DNA from: Candidatus Marinacidobacterales bacterium
GTDB lineage: Bacteria; Acidobacteriota; Vicinamibacteria; Marinacidobacterales; SMYC01
Direction: 5' to 3'
NCBI GenBank assembly: GCA_965224085.1
Contig: CBDCYI010000011.1
Coordinates: forward strand, 1 to 64,000
Length of the DNA: 64,000 bases
Positions 59,122 through 64,000 of the stretch are shown piece after piece. The first letter of the stretch is position 1. Every line of letters begins with the position of its first letter. The position numbers and the translations under genes are program-made. The notes below the pieces were generated by a model. That model was not told the DNA's origin and ran no database searches. It worked only from the letters and a program-made list of their open reading frames with translations.

Positions 59122-61575
59122 TTACTCACGGCGCAACGCAGTTACCGGCGCAATCCGCGTCGCCCGTCGGGCTGGCATGTAGCTTGCTAGAAGCGCCACG
59201 ATTCCAAGAAAGACGGTCACCGCCGCGAGCGTTGCCGGATCGCCGGCGCTGACGCCGAAGAGAAGCCCCGTCATGACCCGTCCTGCCGCGAGCGCGCCCA
59301 CAATGCCGAGCGCGAGACCGACCGCGACCAAGCCGAGTCCTTGGCGCGTGACGAGGCCGAGGACGTCCGCCGCCCGTGCGCCGAGGGCCATACGAATGCC
59401 GATCTCGTTCGTTCGTTGGCTGACATTGTAGGAGAGCAAGCCGTAAATACCCATCGCGGCGAGCACCATTGCCGCAGCTCCGAACAGACCGAGCAGCAAC
59501 ATGTTGAAACGCGGCTGGGCGAGCGCTTCGCTCATCAGCCGCTCCATCGTGGTCACGTTAGAAAGAGGAAGATCCGCATCGAGCACCGAAATGTCTTCGC
59601 GTAGGCGCGCGCTCAAAGCAGCTGGGTCTCCCGTTGTGCGTGCGACGAGTGTCATTTGGCCGAGAGGGAATTGCCGCGACGGGACGTAGAAAGCTGGCTC
59701 GTCCGCCGTGTCTGGGCCCAGGAACTTCACGTTCCGCGCGATCCCGACAATCTCGAATTGATTCCGTATGGACTCGCCCCAAAGGGCTCGCGGCGTGCTC
59801 GTGTAGAGCGCGCGGCCGAGCGCGTCGTCGTCGGGAAAGTAACGCCTCGCGAAAGCTTCGTTCACAATGACCGCACCTGGATGACCAGGATCGTCGAGCT
59901 CGGTAAAGGCCCGGCCGGAAACGATGTCGATGCCCATCGTGCGGAAGTAAACCGCGCTAACGATGCGGAATGTTGCGGCCATGGACTCGTCGGTCTCGGT
60001 CCCCGTCACAACGCGGAAGGAGTCGATCCAGTTGGAGTCGAGAGGGTGATCGTAAGCGACCGCCACGTTCTGGACGTCGGGTGCGGTCCCAACCCGCTCG
60101 AGAAGCTCGGTGTAAAAACGCGAGATCTGCGCCGCGTCCGAGTAGGTCGAAGAGGGAAGCGAGAGCTCGGCGACGAGCACGTTCTCAGCGCGAAATCCCG
60201 AATCGACTCGGCGCAGCTGCTGAAAGCTCTGGATCAAGAGCCCGGCGCCGAGGACGAGGATCACCGCGATGGAGACTTCGACGACCACGAGAAGACGCCG
60301 GAACGCGAGACGTTCCGTCGAGCGGGCGCCTTGTTTCAAGCTCGCGTTGATGTCGGTTCGCGAAAGGTGAATCGCCGGTGCGAGACCGAAGACAACGCCC
60401 GTGACGAGAGACACCGCGAACGCGAAGCCGAGGGCCGTCAGATCGAGCCCTGATTGCGCCATGCGGGGCACGTGCTTCGGGCTCAAGCGGACGAGCCCTT
60501 TGATCGCGAACACGGCGAGACCGACACCTGCCGCGCCGCCCGCCATCGCCAACAGGAGGCTCTCGGCCAGGAATTGCCTGATGAGAGCTAGCCTTCCTGC
60601 TCCGAGCGCGGTGCGCACGGCAACCTCGCGCGTGCGACCGGACGCCCGCGCGAGCATAAGGCCGGCCATGTTCGCGCACGCGATCAGAAGCACGAGTCCG
60701 ACGGCACCAAGGAGCACGAGGAGCGCCGGTCGTGCGGAGCCGACGAGCTCATCCATGAAAGGCTGCACGAGAATCGCTTCGCCTGCGTTGCTATCCGGAT
60801 AGGTCGCTTCGAGCCGCCGGGCGATGGTGTCCATCTCCGCCCGCGCGCGCTCGAGGGTGACGCCGTTTTGGAGCCGCGCCAGCACGCCGAATAGATGGGA
60901 GCGGCGATCGGACAACCGTTGCTCGCTGAGCGCCATGGGGACGAAGATTTGCTGGTAGACGGGAAGAAACGGCATGCGACCGGACGCTTGAGGCCAGGTC
61001 GGGTACACCCCGGGCGGCAGCACGCCGACGACCTCGTAAGGCTGGCCGTCGAAGCTCAGCGTCTTCCCCAAGACGTCGCGTGCGCCTCCGAACCGGCGGA
61101 GCCAGAGTCCATGGCCGAGGATGACGACGCGGTTTCCACCGGGCGCGTCTTCCTCGGGAAGAAAGCTTCTCCCAAGGATGGGCTCGACGCCGAGCACGTC
61201 GAAATAGCTCGCGCTCACGCGGGCGCCGAGAAGCTGCTCCGGCTCGCCCTCGCCCGTCCATGTGAACCCGGCCGAGCCGAAAACAGCCATGTCCTCGAAC
61301 ACCTTGCTCTGCGCCTTCCAGTCGAAGTAATTTCCGGCGGTGGCGCGCGATTTGTTCATGCGGCCCGCGTCGTCGGGCACGTATTCCCATAGCGAGAGGA
61401 GCTGTTCCGGCTCCTCGAAATCGAGAGGTTTCAGCAATACGCCGTGCACGATGCTGAAAATCGCTGTATTGGCACCAATGCCTAGAGCGAGCGTGAGCAC
61501 CACGATGGCCGTAAAACCTCGCGTTTTGATGAGATTGCGAAAGCCGAAGCGCAGATCGCGAACGAAGGATTGCAT
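59122..61575 (-). CDS. ADOP-type duplicated MacB/FtsX ABC permease
   Basis: DLRFGFR...LTLALGIGANTAIFS, LLIACAN, EVAVRTALGA, EIGIRMALGA, PARRA; no ATPase nearby. Confidence 0.92.
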   Translation of the reverse strand: MQSFVRDLRFGFRNLIKTRGFTAIVVLTLALGIGANTAIFSIVHGVLLKPLDFEEPEQLLSLWEYVPDDAGRMNKSRATAGNYFDWKAQSKVFEDMAVFGSAGFTWTGEGEPEQLLGARVSASYFDVLGVEPILGRSFLPEEDAPGGNRVVILGHGLWLRRFGGARDVLGKTLSFDGQPYEVVGVLPPGVYPTWPQASGRMPFLPVYQQIFVPMALSEQRLSDRRSHLFGVLARLQNGVTLERARAEMDTIARRLEATYPDSNAGEAILVQPFMDELVGSARPALLVLLGAVGLVLLIACANMAGLMLARASGRTREVAVRTALGAGRLALIRQFLAESLLLAMAGGAAGVGLAVFAIKGLVRLSPKHVPRMAQSGLDLTALGFAFAVSLVTGVVFGLAPAIHLSRTDINASLKQGARSTERLAFRRLLVVVEVSIAVILVLGAGLLIQSFQQLRRVDSGFRAENVLVAELSLPSSTYSDAAQISRFYTELLERVGTAPDVQNVAVAYDHPLDSNWIDSFRVVTGTETDESMAATFRIVSAVYFRTMGIDIVSGRAFTELDDPGHPGAVIVNEAFARRYFPDDDALGRALYTSTPRALWGESIRNQFEIVGIARNVKFLGPDTADEPAFYVPSRQFPLGQMTLVARTTGDPAALSARLREDISVLDADLPLSNVTTMERLMSEALAQPRFNMLLLGLFGAAAMVLAAMGIYGLLSYNVSQRTNEIGIRMALGARAADVLGLVTRQGLGLVAVGLALGIVGALAAGRVMTGLLFGVSAGDPATLAAVTVFLGIVALLASYMPARRATRIAPVTALRRE

Positions 61576-61728
61576 GCTGCCCTCCCTGGTCTTATTTAGA
61601 CGAACAGAGCAGGCGGGGAGTTCGCTAGAACTTCAGGGAAAATCCGATGCTGAGATACGACGCCTGAGCCTCGCGATGTCCTCGACGACCTAGACGAGAT
61701 AATCGGCGTGCGTCAACAAGGACGTGGG

Positions 61729-62109
61729 CTACCCCTTGGCATTCCAGATATCGCGATGCCAGAGCCACTGGCCGTCGACTTTCTTCCACACCACGATGAA
61801 CTTGGCCACCGCCTGTGCGGCCTCGCCCCCGGCGGGTGCTAACTCGAGCGTGGCTTCGCCGATCTCGCAAGCCGCGTCGTCTGAGATGAGCTCGAGATCC
61901 AACGCCTCGAGCTTGACGGCTTTCAAGCCCATATCGTTGACGACCGAGCTCCAGAGACTCCGCAGAGCCTCGTGCCCTTTGACGACGGGACCGTCCGGAG
62001 GAAGAGCGACGCCGTCCTCTGTGTAGACGGCCGCCATCCCCTCGATTTCGCCCTTCGCGGTCGCTTCCTCGAACCGACGGCTGACCCTGGCAATTTCTTC
62101 ACTGCTCAT
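61729..62109 (-). CDS. NTF2-like (DUF4440/YybH) protein
   Basis: YTEDGVALPPD, VVWKKVDGQW...DIWN; SD AAGGAGG. Confidence 0.85.
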   Translation of the reverse strand: MSSEEIARVSRRFEEATAKGEIEGMAAVYTEDGVALPPDGPVVKGHEALRSLWSSVVNDMGLKAVKLEALDLELISDDAACEIGEATLELAPAGGEAAQAVAKFIVVWKKVDGQWLWHRDIWNAKG

Positions 62110-62200
62110 CACGCCCTCCTTTAGATAGAAATTCTGAAAGAGTTTACGAGACGTGTATGGGTTGCGCAAGCGAATGCGGGCTATCGGCTATCATGGGAGC

Positions 62201-63250
62201 ATGAAAATCGCAGTCTTGCTGTCCGGTGGTGTGGACAGCTCGGTGGCGCTCTGCCTCCTGAAGGAGGAGGGGCACGACCTCACCGCTTTCTACCTCAAGG
62301 TGTGGCTCGAGGACGAGCTCGCTTATCTCGGCGAGTGCCCGTGGGAGGAAGACCTCGAGCTCGCCCGCGCGGTCTGCGATCGCTTCGATGTACCGCTAGA
62401 AGTGCGCTCATTGCAACAAGAATATTGGGATCGTGTAGTGCAGTACACGATCGACGAGCTGCGCGCCGGCCGCACCCCGAGCCCCGATATCTTCTGCAAC
62501 CAGCGGATCAAATTTGGCGCATTCTTCGACGAGATCGACGCGAGCTTCGAGCGCGTGGCGACGGGGCACTATGCCCGGCTCGAGCCAGCGAATGGCGGTG
62601 TCCTTCTGAAGAAGGGCGTCGATCCGGTCAAGGACCAAACGTATTTCTTGTCGCACATGTTCCAGGAGCAGCTGAAGCGCGCATCGTTTCCGATTGGTGC
62701 GCTCCAAAAGTCCGACGTGCGACAGCGCGCCGCCGCGCTCCATTTGCCGAATCAGGCGCGTAGAGACAGCCAGGGCATCTGTTTTCTAGGGAAGATCAAA
62801 TATAGCGAGTTCGTGCGCCATCATCTCGGAGAGAGAGAAGGCGACATCCGCGAGCTCGGTAGCGGGAAAGTCCTCGGCACCCATCGAGGCTACTGGTTCC
62901 ACACTATCGGTCAGCGGCAGGGGCTCGGTCTTTCGCACGGCCCTTGGTTCGTGCAGAAAAAAGACCTCGAGCAGAACATCATCTATGTGGCGCACGCGGA
63001 CACGTTTCTGAGATCGGCGAAGGACCGCTACCGTGTCGAGAAGCTCCATTGGATCGCAGGCCCGCCATCGAAGCGCGAGCTGCAAGTGCGGGTCCGGCAC
63101 GGACGCACTCTCTTCGACGCGGACGTCGTGCTCACCGAGGACGGAGCGCGTGTGCATCTCGATAGAGGCGAGCGAGGCGTCGCCGCCGGGCAGTTCACCG
63201 TTTTTTACGACGGGGACGTCTGTCTCGGTGGCGCGACGATCGTGGGCTAG
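62201..63250 (+). CDS. mnmA: tRNA 2-thiouridylase
   Basis: SGGVDSSV, PSPDIFCN, ATGHY, KDQTYF, DSQGICF, TIGQRQG, GQF. Confidence 0.96.
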   Translation: MKIAVLLSGGVDSSVALCLLKEEGHDLTAFYLKVWLEDELAYLGECPWEEDLELARAVCDRFDVPLEVRSLQQEYWDRVVQYTIDELRAGRTPSPDIFCNQRIKFGAFFDEIDASFERVATGHYARLEPANGGVLLKKGVDPVKDQTYFLSHMFQEQLKRASFPIGALQKSDVRQRAAALHLPNQARRDSQGICFLGKIKYSEFVRHHLGEREGDIRELGSGKVLGTHRGYWFHTIGQRQGLGLSHGPWFVQKKDLEQNIIYVAHADTFLRSAKDRYRVEKLHWIAGPPSKRELQVRVRHGRTLFDADVVLTEDGARVHLDRGERGVAAGQFTVFYDGDVCLGGATIVG

Positions 63251-63486
63251 AAACTCGTATGGTGATGGTCGCGAATCTCGACGGCGACACCGATGCCGTA
63301 GCCTGACGTAGAACGATCCCAGAAAGTAGCCTGGCTCTCTTTCGAAAACCAGACCACATTGGGAGCAAGATCTCGAAGGCTCGAAAATCCGTTCATTGAC
63401 GGCGCCCTCGAGGCACCGGGGGAGCGGCGCGCGCGGATGGCGTACCATCGCGAGCGCGGCTTTGCCCTCCGGCTTCGCTCAGTCAT
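63247..63486 (-). pseudogene. DUF983-like zinc-ribbon membrane protein remnant
   Basis: (C)PRCLEG...CSQCGLVFEREPGYFLG; frameshifted and cut off at the mnmA stop. Confidence 0.6.
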
Positions 63487-63493
63487 CTGTGGA

Positions 63494-63724
63494 TCAGGAC
63501 GCGGCGCGGAGCTCTTGCTCGGCCTGAAGCCAGTCCGCATCCGGATTGCCCGAGTTGCAGCCGCTGGTGTAGATCTCGAAAGCACGGAGCCGGATGGCGT
63601 CTGTAGCAATCTCTGGCGTTTTTGCCTGCGTCATGGTCGTTGCGGCTTTGTTGGTCGCTCGCCGCGGCTTGCGTGGTGTCGTCTTCTTCTTGGTCGTGGG
63701 TTTCTTCGTTACTTTCTTAGCCAT
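63494..63724 (-). CDS. DUF2934 protein with Lys/Thr-rich N-terminal tail
   Basis: IRLRAFEIY...DADWLQAEQEL. Confidence 0.8.
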   Translation of the reverse strand: MAKKVTKKPTTKKKTTPRKPRRATNKAATTMTQAKTPEIATDAIRLRAFEIYTSGCNSGNPDADWLQAEQELRAAS

Positions 63725-63852
63725 GTTGGGTCTTGTTGCTCCTTTGTTACAAACACACAGAAAGCTGCAAAGTGTGCACATCCGGTTCGGTAGTCTTTTC
63801 GTGGAAGAGTTCCCAAGAAAGATTAGCAATAACCCACCAGACTGGCAAGAAA

Positions 63853-64000
63853 TTAGTCGCGTCGCCACACTCTTTCTAGCCATCGGCCCACTTCGCGTAG
63901 ATTTTCGGTGAATCCTGGGACGTCGTAATGCGTCACGTCGTCGACGATGGCGAGCTCGACATCCGCCGCGTTCCAGGCGCGCAGCTGCTCGACGGCCGTC
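63853..64000 (-). CDS. C-terminus of a probable alpha/beta hydrolase, truncated by the window edge
   Basis: ...ELAIVDDVTHYDVPGFTENLREVGRWLERVWRRD*. Confidence 0.5.
   Translation of the reverse strand, partial: TAVEQLRAWNAADVELAIVDDVTHYDVPGFTENLREVGRWLERVWRRD

Overview
GC-rich bacterial chromosomal window. An ADOP-type duplicated ABC permease, a DUF1592-DUF1552-ankyrin cluster and lpxA suggest a diderm Acidobacteriota-like organism (inference). The left ~12 kb is accessory: two ISNCY/IS5-like elements stacked in one CTAG at the brnA stop codon, a BrnTA toxin-antitoxin pair, fused gene fragments, a cytochrome-c/DUF1592-DUF1552-ankyrin operon and an IS903-group element. The middle is mostly housekeeping (hsp20-lon-ymdB-xseA-xseB-ispA-tlyA-nadK, a CarD-like gene, ygfZ, lysA, ligA, queF, fabI, a leuA-like gene, lpxA, mnmA). 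It also holds a CTAG-bounded MITE, an IS200 tnpA element, a ChvGI-like two-component system beside a class GN sortase and its VIT-VWA substrate, a decayed RND gene, a KamA-like radical SAM and an orphan HlyD. The most unusual signal is a pair of adjacent genes that both appear to have lost catalytic residues: a cysteine-desulfurase-like PLP fold and a DUF5615 PIN fold. Also notable are many apparently leaderless promoters and many 1-2 nt frameshifts (sequencing error or real decay). No rRNA, tRNA or CRISPR array was recognised. All family calls come from motif recognition by eye, not from database searches.
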